Below, piece by piece: positions 41,582-51,540 of a DNA stretch of 64,000 bases. This DNA is from an uncultured delta proteobacterium (lineage in GTDB: Bacteria > Myxococcota_A > Polyangia > Polyangiales > B10-G4), in the NCBI GenBank assembly GCA_963727445.1, contig CAVSGI010000008.1, positions 192,001 to 256,000 on the forward strand. The letters are read 5' to 3'. How positions within the stretch are numbered: the first letter of the stretch is position 1; each line of letters opens with the position of its first letter. Below the pieces are notes generated by a model. The model searched no databases. It was given only the letters and a program-made list of their open reading frames with translations, and had not been told where the DNA came from. Position numbers and translations under genes: made by a program.

Positions 41582-42946
41582 GTGGAGACCCGCGCGATGC
41601 CCGTCGTCCGGAGACTGCTCGAACGCTGGACGAGCCCGCCGACGCGACGGGAGCACGCCGTGGTGATCGGCGGAAGCCTCGCGGGGCTCCTCGACGCGGC
41701 CGCGCTCAGCGCCCACTTCGAGCGGGTGACCATCGTGGAGCGCGACGCCCTTCCGTCGGACGCGGCGTGCCGCAAGGGCGTTCCTCAGGACCGCCACGGC
41801 CACGGCCTTCTGGCGGGAGGGTACGACGCCATCGCCGCCCTGGTGCCGGAGTTCGAGAGCGACATCCGCGCGCACGGCGCGGTCGTCGGCGACGTGATCC
41901 GTGACGTGCGCTGGTTCTACTTCGGGGGCTACAAAGCGCGCTTCGAGAGCGGCCTCGGTGGGGCGCTGATGAGTCGGCCGCTGATCGAGTCGCTGATCCG
42001 GCGACGGGTGCTCGGGCGCGACAACGTGTCGCTGAGGCAGTCGCGGGTGCACGGGCTCGTCGGGAGCCGGTGGCGTGTGCGCGGCGTTCGCCTCGAGGAC
42101 GACGAGACGCTCGCCGCCGATCTCGTCGTCGACGCGAGCGGCCGCGGGTCGAAGACCGGGGAGTGGCTCGAAGCGCTCGGCGCCTCCGCACCCGAGCGAG
42201 AAGAGCTGAAGGTCGGCATCGGCTACTCCTCTCGGGTGTACCGGAGAAAGCCCGAGCACCTGGGCGGCGACCTCGGCGTCATCCTCTCCCCCACCCCCCC
42301 CGACCGCCGCGTGGGCTTCATGCTGGCCATCGAAGACGACCGCTGGATTGTGTCGATCGGCGGTTGGCTCGGCGACCACGCGCCGGTCGACGACGAGGGG
42401 TACCTCGCGTTCGCCAAGACCCTGCCACGTCCCGACATCTACGAGACCATCGCGACTGCCGAGCCTCTCTCCGACATCGCGTCCTACAAGTTCCGCTCCA
42501 ACCTGCGCCGGCGCTACGAGAAGCTCGAACGGATCCCGAGCGGTATCCTCGTCACCGGCGACGCCCTGTGTAGCTTCAACCCCATCTACGCGCAGGGGAT
42601 GGCGACCGCCGCTCTCGAGGCCGTGCTGTTGCGCGAGCTCTTACGCGCGCACGAGGCCAGCGACGCCGCCCTCCCCCGGCGGTTCTTCCGGCGAGCGGCC
42701 CGCCTCCTCGACAACCCGTGGATGCTCGCGACGAGCCACGACCTGCGCTATCCCGAGGTCGCCGGCACGCGTTCGGTGGGCCTGCCGCTCCTGCACCGCT
42801 ACGTCGAGCGCGTCCAGGACGCCGCCAACCACGACGAAGCGGTGTGTCGCGCGATGTTCGACGTCGCCAACCTGCTCGCCCCTCCCGCGAGCCTCTTCGA
42901 GCCGCGCGTACTGCGGCGAGTCGTCCGAGCTCGCTTCAGACGCTGA
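41582..42946 (+). CDS. FAD-dependent monooxygenase/oxidoreductase
   Basis: AVVIGGSLAGL, RKGVPQ, ADLVVDASGRGS, GDALCSFNPIYAQGM. Confidence 0.9.
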   Translation: METRAMPVVRRLLERWTSPPTRREHAVVIGGSLAGLLDAAALSAHFERVTIVERDALPSDAACRKGVPQDRHGHGLLAGGYDAIAALVPEFESDIRAHGAVVGDVIRDVRWFYFGGYKARFESGLGGALMSRPLIESLIRRRVLGRDNVSLRQSRVHGLVGSRWRVRGVRLEDDETLAADLVVDASGRGSKTGEWLEALGASAPEREELKVGIGYSSRVYRRKPEHLGGDLGVILSPTPPDRRVGFMLAIEDDRWIVSIGGWLGDHAPVDDEGYLAFAKTLPRPDIYETIATAEPLSDIASYKFRSNLRRRYEKLERIPSGILVTGDALCSFNPIYAQGMATAALEAVLLRELLRAHEASDAALPRRFFRRAARLLDNPWMLATSHDLRYPEVAGTRSVGLPLLHRYVERVQDAANHDEAVCRAMFDVANLLAPPASLFEPRVLRRVVRARFRR

Positions 42947-43007
42947 TCGCGCGCGCCGAGCTCCCAAATCACGATGCGCCCCGATGGCATTGGTGCTATT
43001 CGCTCCC

Positions 43008-43373
43008 ATGTCCAATCAGGAAGAACGCGACCGCGGCCAGCTCTTCGACAACCGAGACAAGCGCAAGCCGAGTCAGCCAGACATGCAGGGCAAGGGTCGA
43101 GTGGGCGGCGTGTCGTACGCCATCTCGGGCTGGATGCGCGAGGATCGATTGGTGGTCTCGTTCGAGCCTCCCCGGGCGAAGGGCAACGCACACCCCGTGG
43201 GCGAGCTCCGCGGGGTCCTGGACCGCGCTTCGGAGGGCGAGGACGGCCCGCTCTGGCGCGGCGACGTCTCCGGGGAGGACGTGTCTTTCGTCGTGCGCGC
43301 ATTCCAGAAGATCGGCAAGAGCGGCGCATATCTCACCCTCGAGCTGATGCGCTCGGGTGAGAGCGCCCCCTAG
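43008..43373 (+). CDS. Small beta-rich protein resembling phage ssDNA-binding/DUF736-like proteins
   Basis: GQLFDNRDKRKPSQPDMQG...YAISGW and GPLWRG...RAFQKIGKSGAYLTL. Confidence 0.6.
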   Translation: MSNQEERDRGQLFDNRDKRKPSQPDMQGKGRVGGVSYAISGWMREDRLVVSFEPPRAKGNAHPVGELRGVLDRASEGEDGPLWRGDVSGEDVSFVVRAFQKIGKSGAYLTLELMRSGESAP

Positions 43374-43415
43374 CCCGCCGAAATCACTTTCGTGGCGCAG
43401 AGGACCCAAACGAGC

Positions 43416-43507
43416 TAAGTTCCGCCCATCGCTGCCGTTTCGCAGCGAGCCTCCACTCCTCGCGGCCGGGTAGTTTGGGCTACCGACGCGCCGCCCGAGT
43501 GTGACTT
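43416..43507 (+). promoter_or_regulatory. -10 element plus structured 5' leader, copy B (candidate cis-regulatory RNA)
   Basis: TAAGTT-6 nt-A-t-cgctgccgtttcgcagcg-a-gcctccactcctcgcggc-cgggtagtttgggct; homologous to 35066-35155 (-). Confidence 0.75.
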
Positions 43508-44737
43508 TTGACTTCGAAACCCGCCGGCAACGACCGGCCGACCACCGCTGCGACCTTCGCCTCCCTCGAGCTCCCCCTGCCCCTGCTCCGGGCCCTCGAC
43601 GACGAAGGCTACGCGACGCCCACCGCCATTCAGCGGCAAGCCATCCCCCATGCCCTCGCCGGGCGTGACATCCTCGCCACCGCCCAGACCGGAACGGGCA
43701 AGACCGCAGCGTTCCTGCTGCCCATCGTCGCGCGCCTCCTGGAGCGCCCGGGGCGCGGCATCCGAGCGCTCATCATCTCCCCCACCCGAGAGCTCGCGTC
43801 GCAGATCGCCGAACGCGCCGACGCCTACACGCGCCACACGGAGATCGAGCACGCGGTGATCTACGGCGGTGTGCGTCAGCGGATCCAGGAGCGCGCGCTC
43901 CGGCGCGATCCCTCGATCGTCGTGGCGACCCCTGGCCGCCTCCTCGATCTGATTCAGCAGCGTGTCGTGCGCCTCGATGACGTGGACACGTTGGTCCTCG
44001 ACGAAGCCGACCGGATGTTCGACATGGGGTTCTTGCCCGACGTTCGGCGCATCGTGTCCGAGGTCTCCACCGACCGCCAAACGCTGCTCTTCTCCGCCAC
44101 GATGCCCCCGAGCATCTCCCGCCTCGCCCAGAGCATCCTTCAGGACCCGGTGCGCGTCGAGGTCGACCCGCCGGACGAGACGCCGGACGTCGTCGACCAG
44201 TCCGTCTATTTTCTGCGGAGCGCGGAGAAGCCCGCGCTCCTACTGCGACTGCTGCGCGGGCGGGACATGGACCGCGCGCTGATCTTCACGCGCACCAAGC
44301 GCGCCGCCGACCAACTGGCGGACCGACTCTCTCGCGACGGGCTCGGCGCCGACGCGATCCACGGCGACAAGTCGCAGGCGGATTGGGAGAGGGCCCTCTC
44401 GGCGTTCCGCAACGGCGAGATGCCGGTGCTGGTGGCGACCGACGTCGCCGCCCGAGGAATCGACGTCAAGGGCGTCACCCACGTGTTCAACTACGAGCTG
44501 CCCGACAGCCCGGAGAGCTACGTCCATCGCATCGGCCGAACCGGTCGCGCGGGAGCCGTCGGCAAGGCCATCTCGCTTTGTGACCCGACGGAGCGCGGCC
44601 AGCTCTACGACATCGAGCGCACCCTCAAGGTGCGCATCCCCCAGGGCGGGGAAGACGAAAATGGCGCGACCGCCCGCGCGCGTGAGGTCGTGCACTTCGG
44701 TGGAAGGCGCGGCGAGCGCAAGCGCAGGCGCTGGTAG
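43508..44737 (+). CDS. DEAD-box RNA helicase (RhlE-like)
   Basis: Q motif GYATPTAIQ, TGTGKT, PTRELA, TPGRLLD, DEAD, SAT, HGD, TDVAARGID, HRIGRTGR; TTG start. Confidence 0.96.
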   Translation: MTSKPAGNDRPTTAATFASLELPLPLLRALDDEGYATPTAIQRQAIPHALAGRDILATAQTGTGKTAAFLLPIVARLLERPGRGIRALIISPTRELASQIAERADAYTRHTEIEHAVIYGGVRQRIQERALRRDPSIVVATPGRLLDLIQQRVVRLDDVDTLVLDEADRMFDMGFLPDVRRIVSEVSTDRQTLLFSATMPPSISRLAQSILQDPVRVEVDPPDETPDVVDQSVYFLRSAEKPALLLRLLRGRDMDRALIFTRTKRAADQLADRLSRDGLGADAIHGDKSQADWERALSAFRNGEMPVLVATDVAARGIDVKGVTHVFNYELPDSPESYVHRIGRTGRAGAVGKAISLCDPTERGQLYDIERTLKVRIPQGGEDENGATARAREVVHFGGRRGERKRRRW

Positions 44738-44790
44738 TCGAGGCGCAGCAGGCGCGAAGGCCGGCGCGGGCGCCGTGATATCATCGCTCC

Positions 44791-46296
44791 GTGGCCATAC
44801 GCGTCGTCCCCATTGTCCCTTTCGTCATCGTCCTGGCCGCGTGCTCGGGTGGTTCCGGCCGCGATGGTGACGGCGGGGGCTCGGCGGACTCGGGCGCGAG
44901 CACGGACTCGGGCGGGGGCATGGACTCGAGCACGTCCATGGACTCGGGCGCGTCGGGCGACGGGGGCGGCGGCGACGCCAACAACATGTACGCGATGGAC
45001 GCCGGCCCCGGGTGCGAGACGGGGGCGACGATGTGCACGCCCGTCGATCCTGGTTGCGTCGGCGCCGAGATCTGCGACGACGGACTCGACAACGACTGCA
45101 ACCTGCTCGTCGACGACGGCTGCCCCTGCGTGCCCGGCACCGTGCAGACCTGCTTCGCCGGACCGCCCGGGTCGCGCAACGTCGGCGCATGCAGCGACGG
45201 GACGCAGCGCTGCGAAGGCTCCTTCGAGTTCGGCACCTGGGGCGAATGCACAGGCGGCATCGCGCCGATGGCGGAGACGTGCGACGTCCTCGACAACGAC
45301 TGCAACGGCTGCACGGACGAGAACGACTGCTGCGGCGAAGAGCTCAGCTGCCCAGGCCCCGGCGACCCGCGCGTGCCGACCCCGCAGCCCTTCGACGACG
45401 TGACCATCGACGGCACCGCGTTCTACGGGATGGCGGGCGCCACCTTCTCCTGGGAGATCGAGGGCGGGCCCTGCGAGGCGGTGATCCCGGAACCCACCTT
45501 CACCACCGGCTCGCTCACGGACTCCACCCTCCACTTCACTCCGACGCTGAGCGGCGACTACACGGTGACGATGACCGTGCACACCGCCGCCGGCGAAGAC
45601 CTGACCTGCACCTTCGTCGTCCACGTCGTCGGCGAGGGCCTGCGCGTCGAGCTCTGCTGGCAGCCGACCACGCCCACCGGCGGCACGAGCGACCTCGATC
45701 TCTACCTCCACGACCCGTCGATGATGGGCCCCTGGTACGCCATGGGCGGCAACGTCGTCTTTTCAGGCGTGACCACCGGCAACTCCTGCAACTGGGCGAA
45801 CTGCGCCCCGGGCCTTCGCTCGTCGCTTCCTCGCGCCGACTGGGGCTACGCCAACTCGCCGCTCTCCGCGTGCGACCGCGGCCCGGCCGGTGCCGGTTGG
45901 ACGGGCATCGGCCACTGCCCGAACCCGCGCATCGACGTCGACGGGCACGGGTCCTCCTTCGAGCCGCTCCACGGCTTCATCGAAAACATCAACGCCGACA
46001 ACCCGAACGACGGCCAGACGTTCCGCGTCATGGTCCATGACTGCACGAGCCCACCCTCGAACCCGGTCGTCAACGTCTACTGTGGCGGCTTCCTCCGCGC
46101 GACGATCGGCGCCGCCCCGGACACCATCACGCTCCCAGGCGGCTCGAGCTGCTCCGCCGACACCGACACCGTGTGGCGCGTCGCCGACGTCACCGTCCAC
46201 GTCGACGCCGCGGGCGTCACCACCGGATGCGACGTCACGCCGATCCGCGAGATGGGCGGCGGCCCGCACCTGACGATCGGCGACCTCGCGTACTGA
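44791..46296 (+). CDS. Cys-rich lipoprotein with CDxLDNDC repeats and Ig/PKD-like domain
   Basis: Lipobox LAAC; EICDDGLDNDCN, ETCDVLDNDCNG; LRVELCW, DLDLYLH, ENIN. Confidence 0.85.
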   Translation: MAIRVVPIVPFVIVLAACSGGSGRDGDGGGSADSGASTDSGGGMDSSTSMDSGASGDGGGGDANNMYAMDAGPGCETGATMCTPVDPGCVGAEICDDGLDNDCNLLVDDGCPCVPGTVQTCFAGPPGSRNVGACSDGTQRCEGSFEFGTWGECTGGIAPMAETCDVLDNDCNGCTDENDCCGEELSCPGPGDPRVPTPQPFDDVTIDGTAFYGMAGATFSWEIEGGPCEAVIPEPTFTTGSLTDSTLHFTPTLSGDYTVTMTVHTAAGEDLTCTFVVHVVGEGLRVELCWQPTTPTGGTSDLDLYLHDPSMMGPWYAMGGNVVFSGVTTGNSCNWANCAPGLRSSLPRADWGYANSPLSACDRGPAGAGWTGIGHCPNPRIDVDGHGSSFEPLHGFIENINADNPNDGQTFRVMVHDCTSPPSNPVVNVYCGGFLRATIGAAPDTITLPGGSSCSADTDTVWRVADVTVHVDAAGVTTGCDVTPIREMGGGPHLTIGDLAY

Positions 46297-46345
46297 GCTT
46301 CAGCACGCGGGCCTTCACCCGTGGTGCTCTGCTACGCTCCGGCGC

Positions 46346-46961
46346 GTGGTGCGCGCGCTGCTCTTCCCGGTGCTGCTGTCGTCCGGCTGCTACCTCAGCC
46401 ATACGATCCCCAATGCGAGTCCGACCCCACGCTGTGCGAGGCGGCCGCGACCCTCGACGGGCTGCGCTGGGAGCTGCCGTGTCTCGACGACAGTGAAGGA
46501 GTAGAGGTCTGCGCGACGGTGCCGAACATCTCCGATCACACCGTCTTCGCCCCGGGCATGAGCGGTCGGTTCGCGGTCAGGCTGCGCTTCCGCGGCGTGG
46601 TGGAGACGAAGATGTACACGGGGGGCGAGGTCGACGGCTTCTTCTCCATCGGGGGGACGCCGACACGACGCCGTGGAACCTGTACGCCCTCGAGGTCGGG
46701 AGACCCGCGGGGACCTACTACCTCAACCAGGGCGAGACCGAGCTCTATCGCTGCTTCGCGATCGACTACGAAGAGACCGTGACCATCGCCGCCGGCTCAA
46801 ACATCACACTCGACGCGCAGGTCTTCGACGAGGCACAGCATCACGCAACCGCACCATGGCCGGTGACCCCATCGTCGTCCCGGGCGTCGACCCCGCGCCC
46901 GACCCCTTCGACGGTCAGTTCATCCAGATGGACGTGGTCGGACATTCGCCGCCTGCCTTGA
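46346..46961 (+). CDS. Lipoprotein, hypothetical (several frameshifts)
   Basis: VVRALLFPVLLSSGC; LDGLRWELPC, LRFRGVVETKMY, PFDGQFIQMDV; TACGCT 7 nt before GTG. Confidence 0.65.
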
Positions 46962-46970
46962 CCCAACCGG

Positions 46971-48479
46971 TCACCGGCCATGAGCCCATCGCCGCAGCTC
47001 GAAGACGTGATGCCCCCACGCCGGCAGGTCGAGGTACAGGCCGCGCGCAGCGAGATCCGATCCGTCGCGTTCGTAGCGCGCGTCGCTGAGATGGTCCTCG
47101 AGCACGAAGCGATGACCGTCGAGGCCATCGAGGCCGAGCGCGACGTAGCACTGGCCCGCGTGAGGGGCGTAGTTGACGGCGACCAGGAAGCGTCGCTCGT
47201 CGTCGGCCCAGGTGAACGCGACGAAAGACGCGTGGCTCGGGTTGCCCTCCCACGCGGGACGACATTCGCAGAGCCGCCACGCTCCCTCGTGAACGGTGGA
47301 GATGCGCAGCAGCGCGAGCAATCGATCGTAGAAGGAAGCGATCGCGTCGTCGACGGGTTCGTCGGGGCGACGGCCCACGTGCATCGAGACCTTCACCTTG
47401 CGCCCCTCGCGCTCCCCCTCGTGGAAGAAACGCATCCCCGGAACCAAGAAAGCGATGGCGGCAGCCGCGCGATGGACGTCGGGCGCAAAGTCCTCGGCGG
47501 CGCGTGGCTCGTCGTGGTTCTCGAGGAAGCGCACCGAGCGGTTCTGATAGGCGGGGTCGGCGAGCAGATGGCTGCGCACCGCCGCGCCGTCGCGCGACAG
47601 CAGCCGGTCGTAGAGCTTCTTGTCGTAGGTGTAGTCGAAGCCCTCTTGCTGGAGCTCCCACTCACGCTCCCAGTAGACCTCCGCCATGAAGAGGAAGTCC
47701 GAACGCTTCTCGCGCACCGCCGACACCGCTTCCGGCCAGAAAGGCGCGTCCACCGGCTCGCTGCCGTCGCCCGGTCGTGCGCGCTCACCCCACGTCCGCT
47801 GGATGACGTCGGGCTGCACGAGCATGGCCATGTCGCAGCGAAGTCCGTCGCACATCGACGCCAGGCGAAGGAGGACGTCTTTCATCGCCTGCCGGAGCCC
47901 CGCGTGACGGTAGTTGAGCTGCAGCGTGTCGGGCCAGCCGGCGAAGTAGGGGTCACGCCCGTAGGCGAACACCGCGCGCCCACCTTCGGAGGGCAGCTCT
48001 ACCCAGTTGTCGGGCTCGCGTTCGAGATCCTCTTGCGTGCCGCGGATCAGGTACTCGGGATGCTCGTCGGCCCAGCGGTGATCGAGGCCCATGTGGTTCA
48101 CCACGAAGTCGAGCACCAGCCGGATCCCGCGCTCGCGAAGGCGCGTGCGCAGCCGACCCAGCGCCTCGTCCCCGCCCCACTCTCGTCGCACGCGGTACTC
48201 CTGCACCGCAAAGGGCGAGCCCGTGATGTCCTCATCCGTCGCGCCCGAGAGCGTCGCGTCGATCTGATCGCGCAGCGAGGCATCCGTGAGCGAGACCTCC
48301 CGCGCCTTCGGACCCGTGCGCCAGACGCCGAGGAGCCACACCCAGGTGTAACCGGCGGCGGCGGTCTGTTCGATCCACGCGTCGGGGACGTCGTCGAAGG
48401 TGACCGTTCGGCCGAGGCCGCGGCCCAGCTCGTGAAGCCAGACCCGGGTGTTCATCTCGAGTAGGCAGGGGTGGTTCAT
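46971..48479 (-). CDS. Alpha-amylase family (GH13) glycosyl hydrolase
   Basis: EMNTRVWL, GSPFAV, LVLDFVVNH, CDGLRCDMAML, MAEVYW, RFLENHDEPR. Confidence 0.93.
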   Translation of the reverse strand: MNHPCLLEMNTRVWLHELGRGLGRTVTFDDVPDAWIEQTAAAGYTWVWLLGVWRTGPKAREVSLTDASLRDQIDATLSGATDEDITGSPFAVQEYRVRREWGGDEALGRLRTRLRERGIRLVLDFVVNHMGLDHRWADEHPEYLIRGTQEDLEREPDNWVELPSEGGRAVFAYGRDPYFAGWPDTLQLNYRHAGLRQAMKDVLLRLASMCDGLRCDMAMLVQPDVIQRTWGERARPGDGSEPVDAPFWPEAVSAVREKRSDFLFMAEVYWEREWELQQEGFDYTYDKKLYDRLLSRDGAAVRSHLLADPAYQNRSVRFLENHDEPRAAEDFAPDVHRAAAAIAFLVPGMRFFHEGEREGRKVKVSMHVGRRPDEPVDDAIASFYDRLLALLRISTVHEGAWRLCECRPAWEGNPSHASFVAFTWADDERRFLVAVNYAPHAGQCYVALGLDGLDGHRFVLEDHLSDARYERDGSDLAARGLYLDLPAWGHHVFELRRWAHGR

Positions 48480-48511
48480 CGCGAGTCTCGCGCCAGGCGG
48501 GGACCTCGCCC

Positions 48512-49722
48512 TCAGGGCATGTAGCCCGAGTGCCGACTCCAGTCGCCGTCCGGGTAGTAGAAGAAGAGCAACGCGCCGCCGCTCAAGGTGTCGATGACGC
48601 CCCTCGAGATCCGATCGTCGATCGCGGGGCAGCCCCAGGTCGGCGCGGTCTGGCCGAAGGTGCTCACATAGGTGTCGCGCGAGCCCTCCCATGGGTGAAC
48701 CACGATCGCGCGGCCACGCACGGCGTCGTTGTATCCCGGTTCGAGCCCGTCGAGGCGCACGGAGTAGCCGTAGCTCCCGACGTAGGTTTCCCCGGCGCGC
48801 ATCATGCCGAGTGAGGACTGGTGGCTCCCGGAGACGTTGGAGAACGTCCGCGCAATCCGCGAGTCGGACGGATCGCTCGAAGCGTCCCCGTGCGCGACGA
48901 AGAGGTTGAAGAGCACGGCGCCGCTCGACAGATCGACCACCCACTCGCGCTCTCGGTCGGAGGGCACGGAGAAGTCGGTGACGGCGTATTCGAAGCGCTC
49001 GGTATCACCTCCCTGCCAGGCGACGCCGAACGCGCGCAGGGCGGTGTCGGCCACCGAGCGGTCCATCCCTTCGCGCGAGAGGTCGTCGGCGGAGGTGAAG
49101 CCCATGGTGATCGCGTAGTCGCCCGAGCGCTCGCTTCCATCACCAGCCACCCAGCTGTCCGCGATCACCCAGTAGCGGCCAGCCGGCAGATACCCGCCCG
49201 CGCGCCAGTTGCCGCGATCGAGGCACGCGCTCGCGTCGCGGCTCGTCAGGAGGTGAACGTCCACGTCGACCCCGGCGCCCATGTCGCTGCGCGGTAGATC
49301 GAGGGCGAGGAAACCGGCCGCGGGAAGGTCGACACGGTAGACGACCTCCGGACCGGACTCATCGGTAGTGGGTGCGCAGGCGTAGGCGTCGAAGGTGCGC
49401 GAAGCGGCGCTGGTCGTGCTCACATGCATGAACGGAAATGTGTCGACGCAGACGACGTCCGCCGGGCACGCGTCGGGATCGGGGGCGGCCCCGCGTCCCT
49501 CACCGGTGGCGCGCTCGCGTCCGCGTCCGGACCCGCGCTCGCGTCGAGCGCCGCGCCGGCGTCCGGCTCGGCCGCGCTGTCCATGGCCGCGTCGACCGCG
49601 ACCGTCGCGTCTTCATCGGTGGAGGCGCTCGAGTCCGCGCCCGAAACGAACGTCTCGCCGCCGTGAGCGCACCCGGCGAGAGCGGCGATCGCGATGAGCA
49701 GACAGGAGACCCGTAGCGACAT
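48512..49722 (-). CDS. Murein L,D-transpeptidase (YkuD_2-like) lipoprotein with N-terminal PPC-like domain (frameshifted)
   Basis: Lipobox LAGC; ESGPEVVY, DVDVHLL; VAHG, FSNVSGSHQSSLG, LDGLEPGYND, AIVVH...TWGCPAI. Confidence 0.88.
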
Positions 49723-49885
49723 GGCGGCGGACTCTACCTCAGGGTTGGGCACGATCAAGACGAAGGCAGTCCGGCTCGTCAGCTCCAGCACGTCCGCCTG
49801 ACGAAGACGCGCTACGCTGGTGCTCTGGCTGCTCGTCATGAACAGCTACGGGTAGCGAAGACGCTCGCACGGCGAACGTGGCAGG

Positions 49886-50917
49886 ATGCGTCGCATGCTC
49901 GTCCTCGGCGCGCTCATGGTGTTCGTCTTCGACTTCACCAACGGGTTCAACGACGCCGCCAACATGGTGGCGACGATGATCGCGTCACGCGCCATCACGC
50001 CGCTTCGGTCGGTGGTGCTGGTGGGGATCTTCGGCTTTCTCGGGCCGATCCTCGGCGGGACGGCGGTAGCGAACACCATCGGTGGGGTGGTGGTGGTGGA
50101 GGGGCTGTCGGAGCCGGCGGCCTTCCTGGTGGTGCTCTCCGGCCTCGGAGGCGCCATCGTCTGGAACCTCCTGACCTTCTGGAAGGCGCTCCCCTCGTCG
50201 AGCTCCCACGCGTTGGTCGGGAGCCTCGTGGGCGCGATGTGGATCTCGGAAGGAGCGCAGCGCGTGCACTGGGGGATTGCGGCGCTCGCCGAAGGTGAGC
50301 TGACGGGGGTGGCCAAGATCCTCATCGCCCTCCTCGTGTCGCCGCCCCTCGGTTTCGGGCTCGGCTTCATCCTGCAGCGCGTGGTGCGCCGCCTCCTTTC
50401 GCGCGCTCACCCAAGGGTGAACCGCTGGCTGCGACGGGGGCAGTGGATCACCGCCTCGGCGCTCGCCTTCGCTCACGGCACCAACGACGCGCAGAAGGGG
50501 ATGGGGATCCTGACGCTCCTTCTGGTGGTCAGCGGATCCCTCGCGCACTTCGACGTCCCGATCTGGGTGATGCTGCTGAGCGCGAGCGGGCTTCTCCTCG
50601 GCACGCTCTTCGGTGGATGGCGCATCATCGCGACGGTGGGATTCGGGATCTACCGCCTCAGGCCGCTTCATGGGATGGACGCGCAGCTCGCATCCGCGGC
50701 CATCGTCCTCGGCGCGGGCGAGCTCGGTGCCCCGGTCTCCACCACCCACGTGGTGACCAGCGCCATCATGGGAGTCGGTTCGGCCGAGCATCCGCGCGCG
50801 GTCCGATGGAGGCGCGCCATCGACATCGGCCTGACCTGGGTGGTCACGCTCCCGGGCGCGGCGCTGCTCGGGTTCTTGCTGGCGAGCCTCGGGCTCGCGC
50901 TCGGAGGCGCGCGATGA
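49886..50917 (+). CDS. Inorganic phosphate transporter, PiT family
   Basis: NGFNDAAN, PSSSSHALVG, HGTNDAQK, GGWRII, PVSTTH, WVVTLP. Confidence 0.95.
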   Translation: MRRMLVLGALMVFVFDFTNGFNDAANMVATMIASRAITPLRSVVLVGIFGFLGPILGGTAVANTIGGVVVVEGLSEPAAFLVVLSGLGGAIVWNLLTFWKALPSSSSHALVGSLVGAMWISEGAQRVHWGIAALAEGELTGVAKILIALLVSPPLGFGLGFILQRVVRRLLSRAHPRVNRWLRRGQWITASALAFAHGTNDAQKGMGILTLLLVVSGSLAHFDVPIWVMLLSASGLLLGTLFGGWRIIATVGFGIYRLRPLHGMDAQLASAAIVLGAGELGAPVSTTHVVTSAIMGVGSAEHPRAVRWRRAIDIGLTWVVTLPGAALLGFLLASLGLALGGAR

Positions 50918-51540
50918 GCGAGGACGGACGCGGATGGTTCGAGCGCCTCTTCCCGAAGATGATGGACTTCGGAGCGCTGCTCACGGAGCAAGCCGCGCAG
51001 GTCGAGCAAGCCCTGACGCAGCTGGGAACGATGCTGGCGCAAGAGGGCATCGACACCGAACGCCTCGAGGCGCTCGAAAAGGACGCGGACGCCCTCCGGG
51101 AGCGCAACGCACGCGCCCTGAACGAGGCCTTTGCGACGCCCTTCGATCGCGAGGACATCCAGCGCGCCATCGAAGAGCTGGACTGGATCGTGGTCCACAC
51201 CATGAGCACCGGGCGCGAGATGGCGGTGCTGGGGGTGTCCAGCGACGACACCATCAACGACCTGCTCGCGATCGTGATCGAGGGAGCGGCCGCCTTGCAC
51301 GAGGGGTTCGCAAAGCTTCAGAGCCATCCCGACCAGACGGCGGCGGCCATCGAAAAGGCTCGGCACGTCGACCGCCGCGCCCGGCGGCGCTACGAGCAAG
51401 GCCTCGCCGCCCTCTTCGACTCCGGCGACGCGCTACGCATCCTGCGCCGCCGCGAGATCTACCACCACCTCAAGGACGCGGCGAAGCGCGTGCTCAAGGG
51501 CGCCGTCGTCCTCGAAGCGATCCACGTCAAGAACGTCTAG
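50914..51540 (+). CDS. DUF47 phosphate transport regulator
   Basis: LEKDAD, LNEAFATPFDREDI, REIYHHL; ATGA overlap with the PiT gene. Confidence 0.92.
   Translation: MSEDGRGWFERLFPKMMDFGALLTEQAAQVEQALTQLGTMLAQEGIDTERLEALEKDADALRERNARALNEAFATPFDREDIQRAIEELDWIVVHTMSTGREMAVLGVSSDDTINDLLAIVIEGAAALHEGFAKLQSHPDQTAAAIEKARHVDRRARRRYEQGLAALFDSGDALRILRRREIYHHLKDAAKRVLKGAVVLEAIHVKNV

Noticed and set aside
40409..42379. Long antisense ORFs here and elsewhere (for example 35901-38000, 46980-48464)
   Set aside because: Arg/Ala/Pro-rich shadows of well-supported genes on the opposite strand
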